NCBI GenBank assembly: GCA_043825735.1
Contig: JBDRRP010000115.1
Location: forward strand, 1 to 64,000
DNA length: 64,000 nt
DNA from: Pseudomonadota bacterium
GTDB taxonomy: Bacteria > Desulfobacterota > Desulfobacteria > Desulfobacterales > JBDRRP01
Direction of reading: 5' to 3'
Shown here one piece after another: positions 39,531-51,328 of this stretch. The notes beneath the pieces are model-generated. The model saw only the letters and a list, made by a program, of their open reading frames with translations. It did not search any database and was not told the DNA's origin. Within the stretch, counting starts at the first letter, position 1. Each line of letters opens with the position of its first letter. A program made the translations under genes and the position numbers.

Positions 39531-40541
39531 ATGAGCGCATCGCACCTACGCCGCCCCATGAGCCGGTTTGCCTACCTGGGCTGGGTCGGCCTTTTTCTGT
39601 TCATCCTGTTTGGCATCATCACCGGCCTGTATCTGGCAACCCGTCAGATCGACTACGTCTGGCGGTGGTATTCCGTGCCTCAATATTTCGCGAACCACGA
39701 AGTCTTCGATGTAAAATGCACAGTCCAGGGGGAAGTGGCATCCGTCACGCGCCAGGGCGAAGGCATCACCATCGCTGTGACCAGCCCCGACGGTGATGAA
39801 ACCTACACCGCCCCAAATGTCGACGAAATACGGGTCGACACAGGAGACACGGTGTATCCCGGCGACACCCTCGTCTCCTACCGGGAATGGCGCGCGGGCA
39901 TTCTCACGCAGGGGATGTGGATCACCCTCAAGGTCAGTATCTACTCCATCATTTTCGGTATCATCATCGGGCTGGTCGGCGGTATTGCCCGCCTCTCGGA
40001 CAACCCGGCATTGAAATGGAGCGCCATCACCTATGTGGAGATCATCCGGGGTTCCCCGCTGCTGGTGCAAATCTTCATCTGGTATTTCGTTCTGGCGACC
40101 CTCATCAACCAGTTGATGCTCAAGTGGGGCATGCATGAGATCTCGGCCGTCTGGTACGGTATCGCTTCGCTCGCCTGTTTTACCGGCGCCTACGTGACCG
40201 AAATCGTGCGGGCCGGCATCCAGTCCATCCACAAGGGCCAGACCGAAGCCTCGCGCTCTCTGGGGATGACCTATGCCCAGTCCATGACGCATGTCATCCT
40301 GCCCCAGGCCCTGCGGCGGATTCTCCCCCCGCTGGCCGGCCAGTTCATCAGCCTCATCAAGGATTCCTCGCTGCTGGGCATCATCGCTGTGCGGGAGCTC
40401 ACCAAGGCCACCCGGGAAGCCATTACCGTCAGTTTGCAACCCTATGAGTTCTGGTTCATGTGTGCAGGGCTCTACTTGATCCTGACCTTTGCGCTGTCCA
40501 TGTTCGTCCAACACCTGGAAAGGAGGTTGGCAATCAAGTGA
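39531..40541 (+). CDS. Polar amino acid ABC transporter permease with an extra extracytoplasmic domain
   Basis: [38 protein letters not shown]. Confidence 0.9.
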   Translation: MSASHLRRPMSRFAYLGWVGLFLFILFGIITGLYLATRQIDYVWRWYSVPQYFANHEVFDVKCTVQGEVASVTRQGEGITIAVTSPDGDETYTAPNVDEIRVDTGDTVYPGDTLVSYREWRAGILTQGMWITLKVSIYSIIFGIIIGLVGGIARLSDNPALKWSAITYVEIIRGSPLLVQIFIWYFVLATLINQLMLKWGMHEISAVWYGIASLACFTGAYVTEIVRAGIQSIHKGQTEASRSLGMTYAQSMTHVILPQALRRILPPLAGQFISLIKDSSLLGIIAVRELTKATREAITVSLQPYEFWFMCAGLYLILTFALSMFVQHLERRLAIK

Positions 40542-41269
40542 TCGACGTCAAGAATATCTCCAAGACCTTTCTCATACCCCACACGGTCTATGCGCTGCGC
40601 AATGTGTCCACGGCCATTGCTGCCGGCGAGGTGGTGGTGGTGATCGGCCCGTCAGGCTCAGGGAAAAGTACGCTGCTGCGGTGCTTGAACCACCTGGAAA
40701 CCGCCGATGAAGGGCACATCCTCATCGACGGCATCGACATCCTCGATCCGAAGACCAATATCAACAAGGTGCGCGCCGAGGTGGGCATGGTGTTCCAGTC
40801 GTTCAACCTGTTTCCCCACAAAACAGTGCTCGACAATGTGGCCCTGGCCCAGATCGTCGTCCGCAAGCGCTCCAAAAAAGATGCCAACGCGCGCGCGCTC
40901 GCCCTTCTGGAAAAGGTCGGCATCAGCGACAAGGCCAATGTCCATCCCGATCAGCTCTCCGGCGGGCAGCAACAGCGGGTGGCCATCGCCCGGGCCCTGG
41001 CCATGAACCCGAAGGTCATGCTCTTCGATGAGCCGACCTCGGCGTTGGACCCGGAAATGATCGGGGAAGTCCTCGATGTCATGAAGGCCCTGGCAAAGGA
41101 AGGCATGACCATGATTTGCGTCACACATGAGATGGGGTTTGCCCGGGAAGTGGCCGACCGGGTGATTTTCATGGATGAAGGTGCCATCGTTGAGGTGGGC
41201 ACGCCCGAGCATTTTTTCAAAAATCCCGAGCACGATCGCACCAAACTGTTTCTCAGCCAGATTCTGTGA
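40538..41269 (+). CDS. Polar amino acid ABC transporter ATPase
   Basis: [38 protein letters not shown] start overlapping the permease stop. Confidence 0.92.
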   Translation: MIDVKNISKTFLIPHTVYALRNVSTAIAAGEVVVVIGPSGSGKSTLLRCLNHLETADEGHILIDGIDILDPKTNINKVRAEVGMVFQSFNLFPHKTVLDNVALAQIVVRKRSKKDANARALALLEKVGISDKANVHPDQLSGGQQQRVAIARALAMNPKVMLFDEPTSALDPEMIGEVLDVMKALAKEGMTMICVTHEMGFAREVADRVIFMDEGAIVEVGTPEHFFKNPEHDRTKLFLSQIL

Positions 41270-41325
41270 TGCCGGAACCTGCGCATCCCGTCTCAAACCG
41301 ACCTTACTCACAGCGTAGAATGTGA

Positions 41326-41402
41326 ACCACGAAGACCACGAAAAAAACCCTGAAAACAGAGGGGTTGGAAAACCTTCGTGTCCTTCGTGAACTTCGTGGT
41401 GA
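41326..41402. repeat. CACGAAG inverted-arm element
   Basis: ACCACGAAGACCACGAA...CTTCGTGTCCTTCGTGAACTTCGTGGT. Confidence 0.6.
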
Positions 41403-41631
41403 TCAACAGCCCTAAAACGCAATATATTGTAGCCCGACACGCCCACACACCCCGCAAATTGTGTTTCCGCTTTACAGGCCACCGGCTGTTTGGTATATTG
41501 CGCCATTCGATGCCGACAATACCGCAGGGCACTGATCGCCATATTGACACACCCCTCGGCGACCTGTTTGCGTCGTCTGAAGTCCCGAGCCCCGCGGTAC
41601 CGGTTCGAGACGACTTTCAAGGGATGAACGC

Positions 41632-44600
41632 ATGAAAATCAAGAAGCTGGAAATTACAGGGTTTAAATCTTTTCACGACAAAACGGCCATCAAATTCCCC
41701 GAAGGGATCTCCGCCGTCGTCGGCCCCAATGGCTGCGGGAAAAGCAATATCGTCGACGCCCTGCGGTGGGTGATGGGCGAGCAAAGTGTCAAGCAGCTCC
41801 GGGGCAAGGCCATGGAGGATGTGATTTTTGCCGGCGCCAGTGGAAAACCCCCGCTCAACATGGCCGAAGTCTCCCTGACACTGTCCAACGAAGATGGCAG
41901 CGGCCCGGAGGAGTTCAAGGACTATACGGAAATCATGCTCACCCGGCGACAGTATCGCTCCGGGGAAAGAGCCTATTTTATCAATCGGCAGCCCTGCCGT
42001 CTCAAGGACATTTACAACGTCTTCATGGGCAGCGGAATGGGGGCCAAATCCTATGCCATCATCCAACAGGGAAATATCGGCGCTATCATCGATGCCGGTC
42101 CCCTGGAACGGCGATATTTTATCGAAGACGCCGCCGGCGTCACCCGCTACAAGTCCCGAAAAATAGAAGCACTGCGGAAGATGGAATCCACCAACCGGAA
42201 CTTATTGCGGTTGGCCGATATCACCACTGAAATCAGCCGCCAGATGTCGAGCCTGCAACGGCAGGCGCGTAAAGCTGAACTGTTTTCCCAGTACCAGAGC
42301 CGCATCCGCACCCTGGACGTTCTGTTGTCGCTGCACCGGTATGCCGAACTGAACGCCAAGTGGGACGACATGGACCGCCTGTTGACGCAGCTGCGCGATA
42401 CCGACATCGCCCATACAACGGAATTGAAGAGAATTGACGCCGCCGTGGAGCGCGTCAAACTCATGCGCGAGCGCAAGAACCAGGAACTGTCTACAAAAAA
42501 GGCCCACCACCACGAAAGCCAGCGCACCATCGACCGGATGGAAACCGATCTCTCGCATTTCCGCACGGAGATCGATCGCCTCACCGGTGAGATCTCTCAA
42601 CTGACAGCAGCCCAGACGGATCTGAAAGCCAAAGATGCCAAGATCATCACCGAAATCGAGCAGCTCCGGGCGCAGGAATCGGTTCATACCAGCCAGATCG
42701 ACGCGCTCAGCGAACAGATCCGGCAGGAGCGAAACGCCGCCCACGACTTGACCCGCCGCCATGAGCGCCTCACCGCAGAGCTGGAGCAGGCCAAAACAAC
42801 GCTCATGGATCTGGTGGCCCACGAAGCGCGCCTGAAAAACATCAGCCAAACGGCCGTCCGTAACCGGGAGCATCTTGAGCGCCGTCTCAAACAGGTCGAT
42901 GAGGCGGCCCTGGCAGCGACCCAGGCTCTTGAGGGCCTTCATCGCCAGCGCCAACACGCCGAAACCGAACTTGCCGGCATCAAAAAAGATATCGACGTAC
43001 GAAACCAGGAAATCAAACAAATGCAGGAAAACCTGCATCAGGCCAATCAGGGGCTGGCCGCCAAGATCAAGGAAGTCCATACCCTGGACATCGAACGCAG
43101 CAAAGCCCGCTCACAGTATGCGGCCATGAAAAAAATGGAGGCCAACTTCGAATGGTATCGCGATGGCGTGAAGGCCATCCTCAAAGCCGGGCAGGAAAAG
43201 AGCGCGCCTTCCGGGCAGGGGCTCGATGCGTCGGCGGCCGCCGACGTCATCGGTCTGCTGGCCGACGTCATCGAAGCCGAAAACGGCTATGAAACCGCCG
43301 TGGAGGCCGCACTGGGGGACGGGCTTCAGTACATTCTGGTCGGCCGGCGCCAGAGCGCCAGCCAAGCCATCGATTATCTGCGACATGTCGCCGGCGGCCG
43401 CAGCGGCTTTATCCCCCTGGATACGGTGTCGGCGCCGGAGGGCACCCTGCCGGCCATCTCCGAGGGCACCCCTCGGCTCATGGACCACGTGCGCATCCGG
43501 GAAGGTTACCAGCGTGTCGTGGCAATGCTCCTGGGCCATGTGCTGATCAGCGACGATCTGGCCGCGGCCGTCACCGTCAAGGAAAAGGCCCCCGCCGCCA
43601 CGGCTGTCGTGACCCGGCAGGGGGATCTGATCACTGCGGCCGGCGTCGTTATCGGCGGCAGCGCGGAAAAACTCTCGGGCATCCTCGCCAAAAAGAAAGA
43701 GCTCAAGAGCCTCGATGCGTTTGTACGCAGTGCCGATGCGCAGATGACGGCCGCCAAAGCGGCCCAGCAGGAAATGGAAGCCGTGGTGCGGCGCATGGAA
43801 ACCGAATTGCAGATGTCTATAGAACGCCGCAGTCATCGCATCCAGGATGAGCTCGACGCCGAAAAGGCCCTTTACAAAATCGGCGAAGAAATCAAGCACG
43901 CCACGCGCCACCTCGAAGTGACCCGCCTTGAGCAGGAGCAGCTCACCGGTGAGGCCGAGGACATCGACCACGAGATGTCCTCGGCGGAAAAAGAAGTGGC
44001 ACGGATCACGGCGGCCATTGAGGCGGCCCATCAGAAGGTGACGCAGCACGCCGCAGACATCACCACCGTTTCTTCGGAGCTGGCGTCATTCAATCAAAAA
44101 ACCGTTGAACTGAAGTTGGCGGTCGCGTCGGCCACCGCCGGCCTGGAAAACAACCGTCAGACGCTGCGGCGGTTGTCCGATTTTCAAAAGGACGGCCTGG
44201 ATCGGCTGCAGCAGCTTGAAGAAGACATCTCGCGAAAGGCCATCAAAGCGTCCGAAGCGCGCAACAAGGTGGTTCAGTACGAAAAAACCCTCCAGGAGCT
44301 CTACGGTTCGCTGCGGGAGATGGAGACCGCGCTGGCCCGCGATGAAGCGGACTACACCGAAATCGACCTCGAGTTGCAGCAAAGTGACAAAAAAGCGGCA
44401 GACATCCAGGGCCGCCGGGAGGATACGCTTCAAAAAATCCGACTTCTGGAGCTTGAGCGCTCCCAGCTGGACATGAAGCGGGAGAACATCGGTACACGGC
44501 TGGTGGAGCAGTACCACAAGCCCATGCATGCCCTGAAAGCAGAACTGGACGAGGACCCTGCGGCCCTGGAAGCGGCCTCTCAAATGACGGCGGCGGACAT

Positions 44601-45291
44601 GGCGTCCGCGTTGGAGGAGACCCGAAAAAAAATCTCAACCATTACCGATGTCAATCTGGGCGCCATCAAGGAATACGAGCAACTCAAGGACCGTTTCGAT
44701 TTTCTCACCGAGCAGCGCGAAGATCTGGAGAAAGCCCTGGGCGATCTTCAGCGAGTCATCAAAAAGATCAATCGCATCACCCAGGAACGCTTCATGAAAA
44801 CCTTCGACGCGGTCAATGAAAAGATCCAGGAGGTATTTCCGCGCCTGTTCACCGGCGGCACCGCCAAACTGGTGCTGACGGATAGCGAGGACCCACTCGA
44901 AAGCGGCGTCGAGTATCTGATCCAGCCGCCCGGGAAAAAACTGACCCTCATGAGCCTGCTCTCCGGTGGTGAAAAAGCGCTGTCTGCCATCGCCTTCATC
45001 TTCTCCCTGTTCCTGCTCCGGCCGACGGCGTTTTGCCTGATGGACGAAATCGACGCCCCGCTCGACGAGGCCAATGTGACGCGATTCAACGAGCTGCTCA
45101 CCATCATCGGCGAGAAATCACAGATTGTCATGATCACCCACAACAAGCGCAGCATGGAATTTGCCGACACCCTCTTTGGCGTCACGATGGAAAAAAAGGG
45201 GATTTCCAAAATGGTATCGGTGAATTTTGACAGAAACGGCACCGCTGCCGACGAGCCGCCCCACCGCTCGGAAGACAGCCGCGCCGCCTGA
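41632..45291 (+). CDS. smc: Chromosome segregation protein SMC
   Basis: GFKSF, GPNGCGKSN, hinge region, LSGGEK, LMDEIDAPLD; 1219 aa with coiled coils. Confidence 0.97.
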   Translation: MKIKKLEITGFKSFHDKTAIKFPEGISAVVGPNGCGKSNIVDALRWVMGEQSVKQLRGKAMEDVIFAGASGKPPLNMAEVSLTLSNEDGSGPEEFKDYTEIMLTRRQYRSGERAYFINRQPCRLKDIYNVFMGSGMGAKSYAIIQQGNIGAIIDAGPLERRYFIEDAAGVTRYKSRKIEALRKMESTNRNLLRLADITTEISRQMSSLQRQARKAELFSQYQSRIRTLDVLLSLHRYAELNAKWDDMDRLLTQLRDTDIAHTTELKRIDAAVERVKLMRERKNQELSTKKAHHHESQRTIDRMETDLSHFRTEIDRLTGEISQLTAAQTDLKAKDAKIITEIEQLRAQESVHTSQIDALSEQIRQERNAAHDLTRRHERLTAELEQAKTTLMDLVAHEARLKNISQTAVRNREHLERRLKQVDEAALAATQALEGLHRQRQHAETELAGIKKDIDVRNQEIKQMQENLHQANQGLAAKIKEVHTLDIERSKARSQYAAMKKMEANFEWYRDGVKAILKAGQEKSAPSGQGLDASAAADVIGLLADVIEAENGYETAVEAALGDGLQYILVGRRQSASQAIDYLRHVAGGRSGFIPLDTVSAPEGTLPAISEGTPRLMDHVRIREGYQRVVAMLLGHVLISDDLAAAVTVKEKAPAATAVVTRQGDLITAAGVVIGGSAEKLSGILAKKKELKSLDAFVRSADAQMTAAKAAQQEMEAVVRRMETELQMSIERRSHRIQDELDAEKALYKIGEEIKHATRHLEVTRLEQEQLTGEAEDIDHEMSSAEKEVARITAAIEAAHQKVTQHAADITTVSSELASFNQKTVELKLAVASATAGLENNRQTLRRLSDFQKDGLDRLQQLEEDISRKAIKASEARNKVVQYEKTLQELYGSLREMETALARDEADYTEIDLELQQSDKKAADIQGRREDTLQKIRLLELERSQLDMKRENIGTRLVEQYHKPMHALKAELDEDPAALEAASQMTAADMASALEETRKKISTITDVNLGAIKEYEQLKDRFDFLTEQREDLEKALGDLQRVIKKINRITQERFMKTFDAVNEKIQEVFPRLFTGGTAKLVLTDSEDPLESGVEYLIQPPGKKLTLMSLLSGGEKALSAIAFIFSLFLLRPTAFCLMDEIDAPLDEANVTRFNELLTIIGEKSQIVMITHNKRSMEFADTLFGVTMEKKGISKMVSVNFDRNGTAADEPPHRSEDSRAA

Positions 45292-45301
45292 AGGATAACC
45301 G

Positions 45302-46432
45302 ATGGCGTTGAACTGGTTTAAAAAGAAAACGAAAGAAGAAAAAACGGATGGGGCCGCACCCGCGGCGGCGGCCGTCACCGGGGTGCCCACCGAGAGCGCT
45401 CCCCCGCCGGAAAACGCCCCCGTCGCGGCAGCGACGGTTGCCCAGGCGCCCGCCCCCGAAACCGCACCCTCTCCTGAGGCCAGAAGGCCGTCGGCGGATT
45501 CTTCGGCGCCCGATCCTCCTTTGGCCCGCAAAGGCATTCTGGGACGACTGAAGCAGGGTCTGCGCAAAACGCGCGACCTGCTCAACACCGATATCGAAGA
45601 CCTTTTCGCCGGCGGCCGCGGTATCAGCGACGACATGTTCGAAGGGCTGGAAGAGCTGCTCATCACCGCAGACGTCGGGGTTCAGACCACCATGGATCTC
45701 GTAAAACGGGTATCCAAAAAAAAGGGCCGGATCAATGGCCCTGAGGATCTTAAAACCGTCCTGCGCGAAGAAATCCGCAAATTGCTTCCCGGCGCGGTCG
45801 ACGACATGTTGTCGGCGCCCACCACGCCGCACGTGATCATGGTCGTCGGCGTCAACGGCGTCGGCAAGACGACAACCATCGGCAAGATGGCCGCCAAGGC
45901 AACGGCCCAAGGCAAAAAGGTCATCATTGCCGCAGCAGATACCTTCAGGGCCGCCGCCATCGAGCAGCTCACCATCTGGGCAGAACGGGCCCAGGCGGAC
46001 ATCGTGCGCCACCGGGAGCACTCGGATCCGGCGGCAGTGGCTTATGATGCGGTCCAGGCTGCCGTGGCCAGACACGCGGACATCGTTCTGGTGGACACGG
46101 CCGGCAGGCTCCACACCAAGGTCAATCTCATGGAAGAAATCAAGAAGATCAAACGGGCCATCGGAAAAACCATCCCTGATGCCCCGCACGATATCCTGCT
46201 GGTACTGGACGCCACTACCGGGCAAAACGCCGTCAGCCAGGCCAGACTCTTCAACGAGGCACTGGATATTACCGGTATCGCCCTGACCAAACTGGATGGT
46301 ACGGCAAAAGGGGGAATTGTTATCAGTATCTGCGACACGTTCCAGATACCGCTCACCTATATCGGTGTGGGCGAAGGCATCGATGACCTTCAGTTATTTG
46401 ACGCCCAGCGATTCGTCGACGTGATGATTTAG
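45302..46432 (+). CDS. ftsY: SRP receptor FtsY
   Basis: GVNGVGKTTT, DTFRAAA, DTAGR, TKLDGTAKGG. Confidence 0.97.
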   Translation: MALNWFKKKTKEEKTDGAAPAAAAVTGVPTESAPPPENAPVAAATVAQAPAPETAPSPEARRPSADSSAPDPPLARKGILGRLKQGLRKTRDLLNTDIEDLFAGGRGISDDMFEGLEELLITADVGVQTTMDLVKRVSKKKGRINGPEDLKTVLREEIRKLLPGAVDDMLSAPTTPHVIMVVGVNGVGKTTTIGKMAAKATAQGKKVIIAAADTFRAAAIEQLTIWAERAQADIVRHREHSDPAAVAYDAVQAAVARHADIVLVDTAGRLHTKVNLMEEIKKIKRAIGKTIPDAPHDILLVLDATTGQNAVSQARLFNEALDITGIALTKLDGTAKGGIVISICDTFQIPLTYIGVGEGIDDLQLFDAQRFVDVMI

Positions 46433-46446
46433 TGGGACCTCAATAG

Positions 46447-46573
46447 TGATGAATTCATAAAAAGTAATTTTGAACCACAGAGGCCGCAGAGGGCCGCAGA
46501 GAATATACTGAATAATAATCAAGTTATCTCTGCGCTCTCTGTGGTGATTTCAGACTTTATACGGGACTGTCAA
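46447..46573 (+). mobile_element. Family I element, copy C
   Basis: TGATGAATTCATAAAAAG...CTTTATACGGGACTGTCAA; TCAATAGT at both junctions. Confidence 0.75.
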
Positions 46574-46857
46574 TAGTAGCGGACTTCAAAATCGCGATAC
46601 GCACCCGAGGGGGGCTCCCAGTTGACATTTACGGCGTCCACCCGTGCGCGCGGCGGTCCGTTGTGGCACCAGGCGATCAGCGCCTCGACACGGTCGCGGG
46701 CCCCTTCCATGACCGCCTCGACATCACCGCCGGGCAGGTTGCGCACCCAGCCGCCGATCCCGCCGATCCGCTGGGCCGCCGCCTGCGTGGACCCGCGATA
46801 CCAGACCCCCTGGACTTTACCCGTAATGATGACGTGCGCGCGAACCGTCTCGCTCAT
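46570..46857 (-). CDS. acyP: Acylphosphatase
   Basis: [26 protein letters not shown]. Confidence 0.93.
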   Translation of the reverse strand: MSETVRAHVIITGKVQGVWYRGSTQAAAQRIGGIGGWVRNLPGGDVEAVMEGARDRVEALIAWCHNGPPRARVDAVNVNWEPPSGAYRDFEVRYY

Positions 46858-46914
46858 GGCTTACTCTGGTATCTATAAAGAATCCAAACAAATGAATAAT
46901 AGGTTGCCATAAAC

Positions 46915-47277
46915 TTATAATTTGATTCCGTGAGTCATTTTCATAGTGAAATCCAATTTCAGAACACGTAATTGTTCTTTTAAAGCTCTTTGCTCCTTTT
47001 CAATCTCTAACCTCTGAGAGTTAAAGGCTAAAAAATCCTTCATTATTTCTGATTTGCTGATGATATGTGTGATTTCAGCCAACTCATCTCCTTGCGTGGG
47101 ATCAAATAAAATTCCTTTGTTACCGTTTAAAATTGAAATTATATGTTTACAAAGTAGCCCATGAGTACCTGCCGGACAGGCGCAATCAATTCTAAAGACA
47201 CGGTCATCTATAGAAATATTTACAGCATAGGCCAATCCTTGCTGCGAGCTGCTTTTTGCAAAGATAGTTGTTTTCAT
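46915..47277 (-). CDS. SWIM zinc-finger protein (AT-rich insertion)
   Basis: CACPAG...LCKH (CxC...CxH) followed by a coiled-coil-like tail; 4-bp overlap with the upstream gene. Confidence 0.75.
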   Translation of the reverse strand: MKTTIFAKSSSQQGLAYAVNISIDDRVFRIDCACPAGTHGLLCKHIISILNGNKGILFDPTQGDELAEITHIISKSEIMKDFLAFNSQRLEIEKEQRALKEQLRVLKLDFTMKMTHGIKL

Positions 47278-48029
47278 AGTGTATCTGCCACCAAGATTCC
47301 GTGCCTATGAATCTTAAAATTATCATTTGTTGAATTTGGCAACTGTTTGTACAGCACATCCTTAAGCGTTCCCAGTAGTTCATCATAACGTGCCTCATGA
47401 ATCACATACAAGTGAATTTTTATCACTGGGAAAACCTTTTCCCAATCATTAAGCCCGGATTCTTTTGGACTGAACTGAAAAAATTCACAATCGAACTTTT
47501 CACTCAAAATTGAAAGGACGTCACGGTGCTTTTTCTGTGAGATATCCTTTGTTGGGTCACAAGCCATTATAAAATAGGGGGCCCCCTTCGCCTCTTCTTT
47601 GCAGCGTCTTTCTGCTTCATAAAGTCGCGCCTGCTTTTTATCAGTCAAATCTTTTAGAAAAATAGGTAGTAAAGGCTGCGGGCCAAATAGCCATGACACT
47701 CCTCCCTTCCAAAGTACTGAAAACAAAGCGCCCTGAGTTGTTTCTATTATTTGGGCTGATTTGTCATCTGAAAAATTCCGCAACTCAATCCTTACCTCGG
47801 AGTTCCAGTTTGACGAAGCAACCGAAGCTGTATCACCTTTGGTTACCCTGAGGGTTCGTCGAGGGTATTTAACATTTATTGAGAATAGAAATTCCGAGCG
47901 AGCCCTGCCCCAATCTAAGTATGCTTTTTGGGAATTATAAAGGACATCACCTTCTTCGAATTTACACTTAGCAATCGCATCGGAAAAAACAGTGGGTACG
48001 GCCCAATTAAATTCATCAAAAAATTCCAT
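47274..48029 (-). CDS. Hypothetical protein (AT-rich insertion)
   Basis: 251-codon open frame in AT-rich DNA, AAGGTG RBS, co-oriented between ligA and the SWIM gene. Confidence 0.7.
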   Translation of the reverse strand: MEFFDEFNWAVPTVFSDAIAKCKFEEGDVLYNSQKAYLDWGRARSEFLFSINVKYPRRTLRVTKGDTASVASSNWNSEVRIELRNFSDDKSAQIIETTQGALFSVLWKGGVSWLFGPQPLLPIFLKDLTDKKQARLYEAERRCKEEAKGAPYFIMACDPTKDISQKKHRDVLSILSEKFDCEFFQFSPKESGLNDWEKVFPVIKIHLYVIHEARYDELLGTLKDVLYKQLPNSTNDNFKIHRHGILVADTL

Positions 48030-48077
48030 GAGGCACCTTAAATATCTGAGAAATCTATAACGCTATTCCGCACGGCA

Positions 48078-50168
<2,091 letters not shown>

Positions 50169-50951
50169 TTAAGGCCTATAATTCTGGTGATTGAATTCAA
50201 GAAGGGATTGAGCGATAAGTTGGCAAAGCACCCCCCGATGCGCTTGAAATATCGGCGACTTGAATCCTTTTTCCCAGCCGCCCTCGCGCAATGCATCGGA
50301 AACCACGAGCGCGCAGCATAATTCCGCACCCAAGTGGGCCGCCGCCGACATGAGCGCCGAGGTCTCCATGTCCACCACCACGGCCCCGCGCCGACGAAAC
50401 GCAGCCACCTGCGAGGGGGTTTCGCGAAAGATCGCGTCGGTGGTCCAGACCATGCCGTCATGAACGGGAACACCGGCACGGTCTATGCCGGAGCCGATGG
50501 CATCGGGCAACCCGGTCAGCGCGGACGCCGGCGCCGGCTGGCCGGGATCGGCACCGTAATGCGGCGAGGTGCCTTCATCGCAGAAGGCCCCGCAGACACT
50601 CACGAGATCACCGATCGCCACCTCAGGAGCAATGGCCCCGCACCAGCCCAGGAACAGCACCGAGCGGGCGCCCCAGGCCAGCAGGTTCTCCAGCAGCATC
50701 ACCGCCTGGGGCGCGCCCAATACCGGACCGGCCAGTGTGCTGTTGGCCGGTCCGATGCCGGTGTAAAGCCGCCCCAGATAAAGGGGCCTGCCTTTCACGC
50801 CGTCGGCGACGGCCATTTCACCGATCATCCGCAGATCCGGTTCGACGCCGGCAATGACGGCCAGCGGCCCCAGCCGCGGGCACTGCGCGCTGACCACCGG
50901 CCGCACCAGACTGGGCTCGGCCATATCCCGACAGTGATCCATGGTCATCAT
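50169..50951 (-). CDS. Nucleoside phosphorylase-family protein
   Basis: GAPQAVMLLE.L, LGWCG, DEGTS.HY, WTTDAIFRET, VDMETSA; start uncertain. Confidence 0.85.
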   Translation of the reverse strand: MMTMDHCRDMAEPSLVRPVVSAQCPRLGPLAVIAGVEPDLRMIGEMAVADGVKGRPLYLGRLYTGIGPANSTLAGPVLGAPQAVMLLENLLAWGARSVLFLGWCGAIAPEVAIGDLVSVCGAFCDEGTSPHYGADPGQPAPASALTGLPDAIGSGIDRAGVPVHDGMVWTTDAIFRETPSQVAAFRRRGAVVVDMETSALMSAAAHLGAELCCALVVSDALREGGWEKGFKSPIFQAHRGVLCQLIAQSLLEFNHQNYRP

Positions 50952-51050
50952 CTCTCTAAACAATGGCGCCACACCCGCAACGCCCGGTTCCCGACATCTG
51001 GGACCCGGCGGCGCTGAAGCATGGCGCACTTAAATACCGTGTTGAGCGAA

Positions 51051-51305
51051 CTACTCCGGCCGGCTGTAAAGCATCATCTCTTCTTTGATCTCGTCAATGA
51101 CGTCGTAGAGCCACAGGACGTCTTCGATGGTGAGCCGGCCGGCCTTGACCGGTGCCCGCGGCGAGCCGTCTTTTTTGAGCAGCAGCCGCGGCCCGATCTG
51201 CATTTTGGCCTCGCCCTCCCCATAGCGGTTGATGCTGACGGCCAGCCCGGTCTCTTCACAGCGCCACTGCTTCAGTTCTTTATCCAAATCTGGATCGTAT
51301 GGCAT
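51051..51305 (-). CDS. Small hypothetical protein
   Basis: GGAGG RBS, tight spacing after glyS; MPYDPDLDKEL...SINRYGEGEAKMQIGPR. Confidence 0.7.
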   Translation of the reverse strand: MPYDPDLDKELKQWRCEETGLAVSINRYGEGEAKMQIGPRLLLKKDGSPRAPVKAGRLTIEDVLWLYDVIDEIKEEMMLYSRPE

Positions 51306-51328
51306 GGTGCCCTCCGAATGGTAACGTG

